Source: Candidatus Eiseniibacteriota bacterium
GTDB taxonomy: Bacteria > Eisenbacteria > RBG-16-71-46 > JABDJR01
Assembly: GCA_963783375.1 (NCBI GenBank)
Contig: CAWANH010000001.1
Location: 128,001-192,000, forward strand
Direction of reading: 5' to 3'
Length of the DNA: 64,000 bases
Part shown: piece after piece, positions 11,957 to 22,227 of the stretch
Position numbering within the stretch: position 1 is the stretch's first letter
Layout: each line of letters begins with the position of its first letter
Made by a program: the position numbers and the translations under genes
The notes under the pieces: model-generated
Told to the model about the DNA's origin: nothing
The model's database searches: none
Seen by the model: only the letters and a program-made list of their open reading frames with translations

Positions 11957-13578
11957 CGGGGGCCGTCCCCGTCCTCGTTCTCGTCCTTCGCCCCCTCCAT
12001 CAGGCCCAGGTTGCCCTGTTCCATGGCCCCGGTCACGTTGGCGTCGGCGGCGGGTTCGATCTCGTCCAGGTTGCCGATGGCGTAGTCGGGGAGCTCCTCC
12101 TGCTGGTGGTAGCGCTCCACCGTGGTGTCCTCGTTGGCGGGAACCTCCGCCTCCACGTGGCGGTGGAGGAGCTTCATGAGGTCGGCGAGGGTGCGGTCGA
12201 AGCGGTCCACCAGCTCGTCCACCCCTTCCCGGTCGATGATCAGCGGGGGGGCGATGAGCACGTGATCCCCGGAGAGGCCGTTGAGGGACCGGCGGGGGTA
12301 GACCAGGAGCCCGTGCCCCCGGGCGATCTCGGTGGTCTCCAGGGCCACGAACCACCCGGCGGGAAAGGGTACCCGGTTGACCCGGTCCCGGACGAACTCC
12401 ACCCCGGCCATGAGGCCGCGGCCGCGAACGTCGCCGATCACCGGATGGCGCTCCTTCAACTAGCGAAGCCGCTGATGGAGATAGGTCCCGGTCACCCGGG
12501 CGTTCTCCATCAGGTTCTCGTCCAGGAGGGTCCGCACCGCTTCCAGGGCGATGGCGGTGGAGAGGGGGTTCCCGGCGTAGGTGTGGCCGTGCATGAACCC
12601 GCCGCTCTCCAGCACCGGCTCCACCACCGCCTCGCTGGCCACGATGGCCCCGATGGGCGCGTAGCCCGCCGACAGCCCCTTGGAGGTGGCCACGATGTCG
12701 GGGGTGATGTCCCAGTGCTCGTAGCCGTAGAAGGTGCCGGTGCGGCCGCACCCGGTCATCACGTCGTCGATGATGAGCAGCACCTCCCGGTCGTGGCAGA
12801 TCCGCTCCACGATGGGGAAGTACTCGTCGGGGGGACCGCGGCCCCGGTGGTGGAGCCGCCGATGGGTTCGGCGATGAAGGCGGCCACGTTCTCCGATCCC
12901 AGGTTGTCGAGGGCCTCCTCCAGCTCCCAGGCGCAGGCGATCCCGCAGTCGGGGTATTCCTTCCCCCAGGGGGCAGTGGTAGCAGAAGGGAGCCGCCACC
13001 TTGGGAGAGTCCACCGTGTTGGCCCGGAAGGGGATGTTGAGGGGCGCGTAAATCGTGAGGGCCAGGGCGCCGAGAGTGGCCCCGTGGAAGGCCGGTCGGC
13101 GGGAGACGATCCGGGTCTTGCCCTGGCGCCCGGTGGCCCACCAGAACTGCCGGGCGAGCTTGATGGCGCTCTCCACCGCCTCGGAGCCGGAGTTGACGAA
13201 GAACACCCGGTTGAGCTCGGGCACGGAGAGCCGGACCAGGAGATCGGCGAGATCGTTGGCGGGTTCGTTCTCGAACTGGAGCCGGTAGGCGAAGGCGATC
13301 TTCTCCATCTGGATCCGGGCCGCTTCCAGCATGCAGGGGGTTGCCATGGCCCAGGTTGGCCGACACCGCACCGCTGCACCCGTCGAGGTAGCGGCTTCCC
13401 CTCGGTGTCGTAGATGTAGATGCCCCGGCCGTGGCTGACCGTGGGGCAGGCGGCCGCGGTTCTGGTAGAAGAGCGCCGAGCGATCGGTTCCCGGGGATGC
13501 CGGTTCCTTCCCCGGGCGCGGGAGGTGAGGCTTTTCGAAGACGTGGGGCGAACGGTGGCCGACTTTCTCGATGGACAC
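11953..13578 (-). CDS. Class III PLP aminotransferase (YodT-like); frameshifts and in-frame TAG at 12460-12462
   Basis: HGRGIYIYDTEG, YLDGCSGAV, FFVNSGSEAVESAIKLAR, FHGATLGAL, AFIAEPIGG, IIDDVMTGCGRTG, TSKGLSAGYAPIG, HGHTYAGNP, then after TAG IGDVRGRGLMAGVEFV...HVLIAPPLII. Confidence 0.88.
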
Positions 13579-13878
13579 GGATCAGGGGGCTCCCTCGGTC
13601 GCGGGCGGGGGGCGTCGCCCGGGCACCAGGATCGAGGAAAGACGCGCAGGGATACGAGCAGCTTCCGGCGACCAGAACGGCCATCGGGGCGCCGGGCCGC
13701 CGGAGTCCCGCCGGCTAGGGGGCGACCGGAAGGGCCGGGATGAAGCCAGTGTACGGGAATCAGCGGAGGAGGACCAGTTGGGCCGGACTCCGCGCCGCGC
13801 TTCTCCGTCTCCGGCGCCTCCACGCCGGGAGGAGGGACCCGTCGCCGTCGCGCCGAATCCCCCGCCCCCGACCGGCGG

Positions 13879-16658
13879 CTACTTGTAACCGAAGAGCACC
13901 GAATAGATGATCAGCCCCACCAGGATCAGTCCGTGGTCCCGAGAGCCAAATAACCGAACACGCGGATTATGACCGCCCGGCTCTGCTCGCGAGATGCGTG
14001 TGGTGATCACCATCTTACGAAGGTCGCCGCTCTTTCTTGAGGTCTTCGATGGCACGTGGGCGCTCTTGCTTGTAGTCCTTGAACGGCGCGACGCCGGTGA
14101 AGATCACCGGGTCCATCGGGAAGCTCTCCGGGCGCAGGTGGGTGTTGAAGAAGTGGAAAACGAAGATGAACCCGACGGCGAGGAGGGCCTCGTCGCTGTG
14201 GACGATGAAGGCCGCGTTGATGAGCCAGCCGGGTAGCACCCGGGAGAAGACCTTGGGGAACCAGAGCATCAGCCCCGAGGCGCCGATCACGGCGACACCC
14301 CAGAAGACCGCGAAGTAGTCGAACTTCTCCCAGTAGGTCCACCGCCCGTAGGCGGGGCGCGGACCCTGCCCCAGAACCACTTCATGGTCCCGACGAAGTC
14401 GTTCCGATCCTTCACGTTGAACATCAGGGAGTTCTTCCCGAAGACCAGCGGCTGGAAGAAACCCAGGACGCCCGCTTCCAACTCAAGAAATCGTTATGTG
14501 GAAGGCGAAGTACCCGAACGTGATGACGGCCGCCGTCCGGTGGATCAACGCCGGTTCATTCTTCACGCCGCCCAGGAACCCGGCCAATGCCGACGTCCAC
14601 GGCAATCCCGAGAACTTCAGCATCATGCCCGTGAGCGCCAGCGACAAGAAGCTGATGATCACGAACACGTGCGTGTAGCGGTGGCTGCGCGATTGAAGCG
14701 GCGGATGAAGTAGCGGGTTTTCTCTTCGCGGCCGTGCTTGCGCCGCTTGTTGCGCATCGCGCGGAACGACCCGGCAACCACATCAACGTGTGAATACCGA
14801 AGAAGGCGAACACGCCGATGAGCAGCAGCGTCATGGTCCAGTACGTGTAATAAAGGATCGGGTAGTTCACCGGGTCGTGGTGGGTCGCATGGGTGAGGTA
14901 GCCGGTAAAGCGGACGCTGGCATCCGGGTGGCACTTCTGGCACGTACCCACGATGTTGCGGAATCTGACCGACGATCTGGGGTCGTTGTGGCGGGATCGA
15001 GTGGGCGCCGTGGCAGTCCGAGCACTTCGCCGCCTCGAGGTATCCCAACCGGTAGGCCTTTCCGTGCATGGTCTCGAGATAGGTCTTGGCCAGCTCGGGG
15101 TGGCAGGAGCCGCACTGCTGGGTGACCTCGGTCATGAACTGGTCCTTCTCGACCTCCGAGATCGTGTGCGCGGTGTGGCAGTCGGTGCAGGTGGGAAGCT
15201 TCTCCCCGTTCCGGCCGTTGGCCGGAAAGTGCACGCTCTGGGTGAACTGGTTGTAGATCCCGCAATGGCAGGACGCGCAGGTGGCGGGAATGTTCTTCTT
15301 GGAGACCGACGATCGCGGATCGGAATGCTTGAGCACGAAGTGGGCGGTGTGGCAGTCGGTGCAGATGGCGCTGGGGAGGAGCCCTTTCTCGGTCAATCCC
15401 CGCCCGTGCACGCTCTTGGAGTAGTCCGAGTAGGCGTTCACCTCGGCCAGATCCGTGGCTTCCGGCGCCTTCCCGTTCTGGCGGTGGCAGCTCCCGCAGA
15501 GCTTGGGGACGTTGGCCCGATAGGTCCTCGCGTCCTCCTCCTTCACCGCCTTGACCTTGTGATCGCCGTGGCAGGTGGTGCAGTAGGGGGCCTGGGGCTT
15601 CCCGGAAACGAAGGCCTGGCCGTGGCCGCTCGCGAAGTACTCCTCCGACACCTTGGCGTGACAGGCCGAGCAGTCCACCCGACCCGCGGTCTCACAGGGT
15701 CGCTTGAGCCGGGGATCCACGTCCGAGTGGCACTTCACGCAGGGGATGTTCTGGTGGACGGAGGCGGCCAGGTCGTCCTTTCGCACGGTCAACGAGAGGG
15801 TGTCGCCCTCCGCCGAGTGCCGGAGATCGGTCCGCTCGTGACACTTCAGACAGTCCCGGTCGGACATGGTGAGGGAGACGATCTCTTTCCGGACCTTGTG
15901 GGGAATGTGGCAATCGGTGCAGGCGGGAATGGCCCCCGGCTTCTCTTCCCAGAGTTCGCCGCGGATCACCTTCAAGTGGACCTGCTCGATGCGCGAGTGG
16001 CACTGCATGCAGGTGGCGGCGATGTGCTTGGGCGAGATCGAGGCGTTCGGATCGGTGTGAGGAAGGATGTGGTGGCTACCGTGACAATCGATGCAGGTGG
16101 CGGCGACGGTGAGTCCCTTCTTGAACAGCGCCTCGCCGTGGATGCTCTGGCTGTAGTTCTCGACGATGTTGTGCTCGTTGATCTTGTAGGCGCGGGCCAC
16201 CGGCGCCCCTTCCCGGTGGCAGCTTCCGCACAGGTACGGGACGTTCATCTTGTAGGTCTGTGCGGCGGGATCGCTGGGGGGAAGAATGTCGTGGGCGCCG
16301 TGACAGTCCTTGCAGGACGGAGCGTACGGAGCCCCCCGGGCCCAGGCCTGGCCGTGGATGCTTCCCTCGTACTGCGCCTGGGCGTCGTCGTGGCAGGCCC
16401 CGCACTGCACCTGCTCCAGATCCTCGCCGTGGGGCAGGTCGTCGGGATCGACGTCGGCATGGCAGTCGGTGAAGTCGAGACCTTTGTGAACCGACTTCCC
16501 GAAGACTTCCGGGCTCACGAAAAGGGGACGGTGACGTTTCCGCGCCGGGTGGTAAAGGCGGATCGGAATGGCACTCAAGCAGGTTTCGTTGACCGTTGGC
16601 GGGCCCACCCCGGCAAGGCCAGGAAGAGGGAGACGGCAATGGCCACAACTTGTTTCAC
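13879..16658 (-). CDS. Large multiheme cytochrome c (~19 CxxCH) fused to cytochrome b, CbcL-like; frameshifted
   Basis: GTG start with GGAGG RBS, signal peptide [17 protein letters not shown]; 17 intact CxxCH plus two damaged (CLECH split by indel, FTDCH); cytochrome b part [44 protein letters not shown]; ends [13 protein letters not shown]. Confidence 0.88.
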
Positions 16659-16859
16659 GGCCGTCCCCTCCCGTCGGCAACCTTGTTCTTGTTGCCGCGT
16701 GAGATAATTCTCCGCGGTCCATGTCCCGGGACCCTGCACTCGATGAGACCGGCTCCATTTGCTTCCCTTCAATCCGCAACTTCCGCGTCCGGGCATCCGC
16801 ACGCCGGCTTACCTCAAGAAAGGCGGTAAGTCTAATCATTTCCTGGAGTTGTACCGGAA

Positions 16860-16877
16860 TGGGAATACAATATCCCA
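16860..16877. promoter_or_regulatory. Possible operator, imperfect inverted repeat TGGGA-N8-TCCCA in AT-rich divergent intergenic region
   Basis: TGGGAATACAATATCCCA between divergent cytochrome genes. Confidence 0.25.
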
Positions 16878-17101
16878 CAACTGGAATCATGTGACCCATC
16901 CGGTCCGGGCGTATCCTCGGGACGGAAGCGAATCCGGCCGTTTCCGCCCAGGGAGAGCGTGGCGGACGCGCAAACCGCGCCGCGGCCGACCCCCGGTCCA
17001 CCGGGAGGCTCAGCCGCCGACCCCGCTGCGCCGGGGCCATTTGGCACCCCCGATGGGACGGGGAAAACCCCTCCTCCGGGCGGTTGAAGGTGGGGTACGA
17101 G

Positions 17102-18003
17102 ATGAAACGCAGGGAATTTCTCAAGACGGCCGGGGGGATTTGCGCCGCCAGCGTCGTCGCCGACAAGGCCGAAGCCTCCCGGGTGGGGCGGAGGCCCCCG
17201 AGAACGCGTACGGCGTCCTCGTGGACATCTCCAAGTGCATCGGCTGCCGGAAGTGCGAATGGGCCTGCAATCAGGCCAACAATCTTCCCGTTCAGCCGCT
17301 GGAGACGTTCGAGGACAAGTCGGTCTTCAAGGACACCGACGGCCCGACGCCGGGCACTACACGGTGGTCAACCAGTCCCGGGCCCGAGGGCTCGGAACGG
17401 CCTCTGTGGGCCAAGGTCCAGTGCATGCACTGCAACGACCCGGCCTGCTCCTCGGCCTGCATCGTGACCGCCTTCCAGAAGAAGGAAAACGGGGCGGTCA
17501 CCTACGATCCCTGGCGTTGCATGGGCTGCCGGTATTGCATGGTGGCCTGTCCCTTCCAGATCCCCGCCTACGAGTACGACAACGCGTTCACCCCCGAGGT
17601 GCGGAAGTGCACGTTCTGCTTCGAACGCATCAGCAAGGAAGGCGGAGTGCCGGCCTGCGTGGAGATCTGCCCGCCCCAGTGCCTGACCTTCGGCAAGCGA
17701 GAGAAGCTCCTGGCCCTGGCCCACGATAAGATCCAGGGTCATCCCGGCCAGTACGTGGACCACGTCTACGGGGAGCACGAGGTCGGCGGCACCTCCTGGC
17801 TCTACATCTCGAGCCGGCCTTTCACGGACCTCGGTTTTCCCGAGTTGGGCGAGAAGGCGCCGCCCCAGATCACCGAGACCATCCAGCACGGCATTTTCAA
17901 GAACTTCCTCCCCCCCATCGCTCTCTTCGCATTCCTGGGAGGGATCATGAAGTTCTTCAACCGCGAGGACGACGAGGGAAAGGAGGGCAAGGACCATGAG
18001 TAG
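17102..18003 (+). CDS. Tat-exported 4Fe-4S dicluster protein (HybA/HmcB/NrfC-like), frameshifted near the N-terminus
   Basis: Twin-arginine MKRREFLKTAGG; CIGCRKCEWAC, CMHCNDPACSSAC, CMGCRYCMVACP, KCTFC...PACVEICP; YGEHEVGGTSWLY; C-terminal TM helix. Confidence 0.9.
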
Positions 18004-19234
18004 CCCAGCCCTTGCTCAACCCGTCCACAATGTCCACGCCGGCGCGGTTCCGATGACCAAGCCGATCTTCACCCGGGGGGTGTTCGTCCTCCTGGGGATC
18101 ATGGCCGTGGGATTCTCCTTCGCCCTCTACCGGTTCATCTTCGGAATCGGGTCCATGACCAACCTGAACGATCAGTACCCCTGGGGCATCTGGATCGCGG
18201 TGGACGTGGCCTCGGGAGTGGCGCTGGCTGCCGGCGGGTTCACCACCGCGGCCCTGGCCCACATCTTCCATCGCCACCACTACGAGGCGGTCACCCGGCC
18301 CGCGCTCCTCACCGCCATGCTCGGCTACACCTTCGTGGTGTTGGGCCTCCTGGTCGATCTGGGGCGCTACTACAACGTCTGGCACCCCATGATCCCCTTC
18401 ATGTGGTCCGGGCACTCGGTCCTGTTCGAGGTCGGCATTTGCGTGATGATCTATCTCACCGTGCTCTACCTCGAGTTCGTGCCGATCGTCATCGAGCGGT
18501 TCAAGGGCCGGGTCGATCTCCCCGGAGGCATGGCGGCGTTGAACGGGTTCTTCGAGGGGCTCCTCCGGCTCCTGGACAATACGGTGAACAAGATCATGTT
18601 CGTGTTCATCATCATGGGGGTCGTCCTCTCCTGCCTTCATCAGTCCTCCCTCGGAGGGCTCATGGTGATCGCCCCCTACAAGGAGCACCCGCTCTGGTGG
18701 ACGCCGATCCTCCCCCTGCTCTTCCTCCTATCCGCGATCTCGGTGGGATACCCGATGGTGATCGTCGAGTCGATGATCGCGTCCAAGGTGTTCGGCCGGA
18801 AACCCGAGATGAAGATCCTCGCCCCGCTGGGGAAGATCGTCTCCGCGTTGCTGTTCGTCTATCTGGCCTTCAAGCTCGGGGACATGTCGCTCCGGGGCAC
18901 CGCGCGGTATCTCACCGACGGCAGCGTGCCCTCGCTGATGTTCCTGGCCGAACTGGGTCTGGGAGTGATCCTCCCGTTCCTCTTGTTCTCCTCTCCCCGG
19001 GCCCGGCGCTCCCCCCCGCTCCTCTTCACCGCCGCCCTCCTGGTGGTTCTGGGCGTGATGTTCAACCGGATCAACGTGTTCATCACCGCCTACCATCCGG
19101 TGTACAAGGCGCAGCAGTACTTCCCGAGCATCGGGGAGATCGCGGTGACGGTGGGGCTGATCGCCGCCCTGATGTTCGTGTACCGGGTGCTCGTCACCAT
19201 CTTTCCCATCCTGCCCGCCGAGGAGGAGGAATGA
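17996..19234 (+). CDS. NrfD/PsrC-family membrane subunit (HybB/HmcC-like)
   Basis: TNLNDQYPWGIWIAVDVASGVALAAGGF, LVDLGRYYN, SVLFEVGIC, LHQSSLG; ~10 hydrophobic helices; overlaps upstream gene. Confidence 0.92.
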   Translation: MSSPALAQPVHNVHAGAVPMTKPIFTRGVFVLLGIMAVGFSFALYRFIFGIGSMTNLNDQYPWGIWIAVDVASGVALAAGGFTTAALAHIFHRHHYEAVTRPALLTAMLGYTFVVLGLLVDLGRYYNVWHPMIPFMWSGHSVLFEVGICVMIYLTVLYLEFVPIVIERFKGRVDLPGGMAALNGFFEGLLRLLDNTVNKIMFVFIIMGVVLSCLHQSSLGGLMVIAPYKEHPLWWTPILPLLFLLSAISVGYPMVIVESMIASKVFGRKPEMKILAPLGKIVSALLFVYLAFKLGDMSLRGTARYLTDGSVPSLMFLAELGLGVILPFLLFSSPRARRSPPLLFTAALLVVLGVMFNRINVFITAYHPVYKAQQYFPSIGEIAVTVGLIAALMFVYRVLVTIFPILPAEEEE

Positions 19235-19263
19235 TGCGCCGGGACGAGCAAGGGAGGTGGACG

Positions 19264-20389
19264 ATGACGAAGACCCTGGGCGCCGCGCTGGCCGGTGCCG
19301 CACTCCTGATCGCATATCTGGCGGTGAGCGCGGCCGCGCCGGCCCCGAAGCCCCACGCCAAGGGACATGGACTGCCGCCAATGCCACACCTGCGACAACC
19401 CGACCCAGGCGGATCCCTGCCTGACCGCCTGCCCGCGTCACAAGGAAGCGGTGGGCCTATCGCCGTCCCTCGGCCCCGACGTGGTCATCCTGGACAAGCT
19501 GGAGGATCTGTACGTTCCGGTCCGGTTCAACCACAAGGTGCACGCCACCATGGCCGGCATGTCCAAGGGCTGCGACGCCTGCCACCACTACACGCCTCCC
19601 GACTCCCCCCACCCGGCGTGCAAGGATTGCCATCCGGTGGGGATCGTCCACGAGGACATCGCCCAACCCGGGCTCAAGGGCGCCTACCACCGGCAGTGTC
19701 TGGGCTGCCACTCCGAATGGGACCAGGATACCAAGTGTGAGATCTGCCACGAGAAGAAGGCGGGAGGGAGGCTGCAGGGAACGGCCACCGAGGTCTGCGA
19801 CCACAGCCACTACGACCCGGTTCCGCTCCTGGACCTGATCACCTTCTCGACCGATTTCGCGGTCGGCGACAAGGTTCCGTTCCACCACAAGAATCATAGC
19901 GAGAAGTACGAGCGCGACTGCACCGAATGCCACATGCAACAGAGTTGCACCCGTTGTCACATTCAGGGCGGAAACTCCCACCCCATGGGCGACCTGAGCA
20001 AGGTCAATCTCCACGACACCTGCTTCAAGTGCCATGGAGAACAGAATTGCACCGAATGCCATGGCCGGGACCCCGAGGATCTCTTCCAGCACTCCGACAC
20101 CGGATGGCCCCTCAAGGCGTACCACGCCTCGCTCTCCTGCACCGCCTGTCACGGCAAGCAGGGGGCTTTCCAGAAGCCGGACCCCAAGTGCCGAACATGT
20201 CACACCGACGGCTGGTCGGGGGGCGGGTTCAAGCATGCGACGACCGGGGTGAAGCTGAACGAGGTACACGGGGAGCTGGACTGCGACGCGTGCCACGTCA
20301 ACGGCCCCGGGAACGGCAAGGCCTCTTGTGACGGATGTCACGACGACGGGAGGACCTACTCGAAGGCGTCGGGGTTCGGGACCCGCTGA
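19264..20389 (+). CDS. Periplasmic multiheme cytochrome c (13 CxxCH, cytochrome c3-like domains); one frameshift after the signal peptide
   Basis: Signal MTKTLGAALAGAALLIAYLAVSAAA (alternative start 19231); PVRFNHKVH, GLKGAYHRQCLGCH, VPFHHKNH class III cytochrome motifs; 13 CxxCH counted in ORF 19367-20389. Confidence 0.9.
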
Positions 20390-20411
20390 CGCGGGGGGAG
20401 GCGGAGCGCGG

Positions 20412-22184
20412 TCAGGACCGGCGGCGCTCCGCCTCCTCGAGGAATCCGCTCTCCAACCGCCGCAGACGCCCGGCGGCCCGGGCCTCGACCTCGGTGTACG
20501 CATCCCCTTCCGGGAAGGGTTCCACCACCTCGAAGTAGTACTTGATCTTGGGCTCGGTGCCGCTCGGCCGGAGCAGCACCCGGGACGCGTCCTCGAGCTG
20601 GTAGACCAGGACGTTGCTCCGGGGAAGATCCAGGATGGAGATCTCCCCCCCTGCCGTCGATACGGTCTCACCGGCTTCGAGATCGCTTCGGGACGCCACC
20701 GTGACCCCGGCCAGGGCCCGGGGCGGATCCGACCGGAACGCGTCCATGATGCCGGCGATCGCGCGGCTCCCCTCCGAACCGGGGAGGGTGATGCTCCTCT
20801 GGGAGCTCACGTACAGGCCGAACCGCCGGAAGATGGCGTGCAGGTACTCCATCACCGTGGAACCCCGTGAGCGGCAGAAGGCGGCCAGGTCGGCGAACAC
20901 CAGGGCCGCGCCGATCCCGTCCTTGTCCCGAACCAGTTCTCCGACGCTGTAACCCAGGGCCTCTTCGAACCCGAAGGCGAACCGCCAGCCCCTCTCCGAC
21001 TTCAGATCCATGGCCCGGTTGGCGATCCACTTGAAGCCGGTAAGGGTCTCGTCGTAGCGCGCACCCAGCTCCCCGGCCATTCGCCGGAGCAGGCTGGAGG
21101 AGACGACGGTGGTGATCACCAGGGGGTCGCCCTCCCCGGGGGGGTTCTCGGTCAGCAGGTAGTAGGCCAGGACGGTCCCGATCTGGTTGCCGGTGAGGGG
21201 CACGAGCTTCCCCTCCCCGTCGCGGAGCACCACCGCAAGCCGGTCGGCGTCGGGGTCGTTGGCCAGGATCAGGTCGGCGGTCTCCCGCTCGGCCAGGGCG
21301 AGGGCCAGGTCCATGGCCCCCTTCTCCTCGGGGTTGGGAAACTCCACGGTGGGGAAGTCGCCGTCGGGCTCCGCCTGCTCGGGCACGGTGTGGAGCCGGC
21401 CGAACCCCGCCCGCCGGAAGGCCTGGTCCACCCAGGTCCCCCCCACCCCGTGAAGGGGGGTGTAGACCACGACGAGGTCGGTGGGCGCCTCCGGATGGCG
21501 ACGAAGGGCCAGGACCTCCTCCAGGTAGCGCTCCCCCAGGCTATCGGGCACGTCGTGGTGGAGCCCGCGCGACCGGGCGCTCTCCTCGTCCAGGAGAGGG
21601 ATCCCGGAAATCGGGCCGATCTCGTCGATGGCCGCGCTGATCCCCCGGTCGTGGGGAGGGATGATCTGGGCCCCGTTCGACCAGTACACCTTGTAGCCGT
21701 TGTAGGCTGGAGGATTGTGGCTGGCGGTGATCACCACCCCCGCCGCCGCCCCCAGCGCCCCCACCGCGTAGGCGGTCACCGGGGTCGGCGCCAAGCCGGG
21801 GAAGACATGCGCGGGGATGCCCGCCCCGGCCAGGACCGCGGCGGTGTCGGCGGCGAACTCCGTGGACAGGTGGCGCCCGTCCCGCCCCACCACCACCCCG
21901 CGTCGCGCGATCTCGGGCTGGGTGCGGAGAAGATACCGGGCGAGACCGGCGGTGACCCTGCGCACCAGGGCCCGATTCATCCGGTTCGGGCCCGCTCCCA
22001 AAACCCCTCGAAGGCCCGCGGTGCCGAACTCGAGCCGGGTTCCGAACCGCTCGGCGAGCTCTTCCGCGTCGTTTCGTTCGAGCATCAGTTTCAGCTCGGT
22101 CCGGGTTCCGGGATCGGGGTCCTCCGCCATCCAACGCTCCGCCTGCGCTCTGAGCTCCGCCGTCCGCGTCTCGTTCCCGCTCAT
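20412..22184 (-). CDS. Phosphoglucomutase/phosphomannomutase
   Basis: LEFGTAGLRG, ITASHNPP (phosphoserine loop), DPDADR, GFEEALG, RPSGTEPKIKYY. Confidence 0.95.
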   Translation of the reverse strand: MSGNETRTAELRAQAERWMAEDPDPGTRTELKLMLERNDAEELAERFGTRLEFGTAGLRGVLGAGPNRMNRALVRRVTAGLARYLLRTQPEIARRGVVVGRDGRHLSTEFAADTAAVLAGAGIPAHVFPGLAPTPVTAYAVGALGAAAGVVITASHNPPAYNGYKVYWSNGAQIIPPHDRGISAAIDEIGPISGIPLLDEESARSRGLHHDVPDSLGERYLEEVLALRRHPEAPTDLVVVYTPLHGVGGTWVDQAFRRAGFGRLHTVPEQAEPDGDFPTVEFPNPEEKGAMDLALALAERETADLILANDPDADRLAVVLRDGEGKLVPLTGNQIGTVLAYYLLTENPPGEGDPLVITTVVSSSLLRRMAGELGARYDETLTGFKWIANRAMDLKSERGWRFAFGFEEALGYSVGELVRDKDGIGAALVFADLAAFCRSRGSTVMEYLHAIFRRFGLYVSSQRSITLPGSEGSRAIAGIMDAFRSDPPRALAGVTVASRSDLEAGETVSTAGGEISILDLPRSNVLVYQLEDASRVLLRPSGTEPKIKYYFEVVEPFPEGDAYTEVEARAAGRLRRLESGFLEEAERRRS

Positions 22185-22227
22185 GGTTGGTCCCTTCCGG
22201 TTCTTTCGCCCCGTTCCGTGGGGCCCC

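Noticed and set aside
10262-13684. 1140 aa ORF as an aminotransferase-CoA transferase-deacylase polyprotein
   Set aside because: It drifts through fragments of four genes because of indels; the individual genes have their own starts and overlapping stop/start codons.
17041-17057. Sigma54 promoter before the FeS-NrfD operon (TTGGCAC...)
   Set aside because: The -12 element is ATGG rather than TTGC, so the GG-N10-GC rule is not met.
445-19400. Calling the frameshifted genes pseudogenes or programmed frameshifts
   Set aside because: Breaks are numerous, often in G/C runs, confined to one region, and catalytic motifs are preserved; assembly error is more parsimonious.
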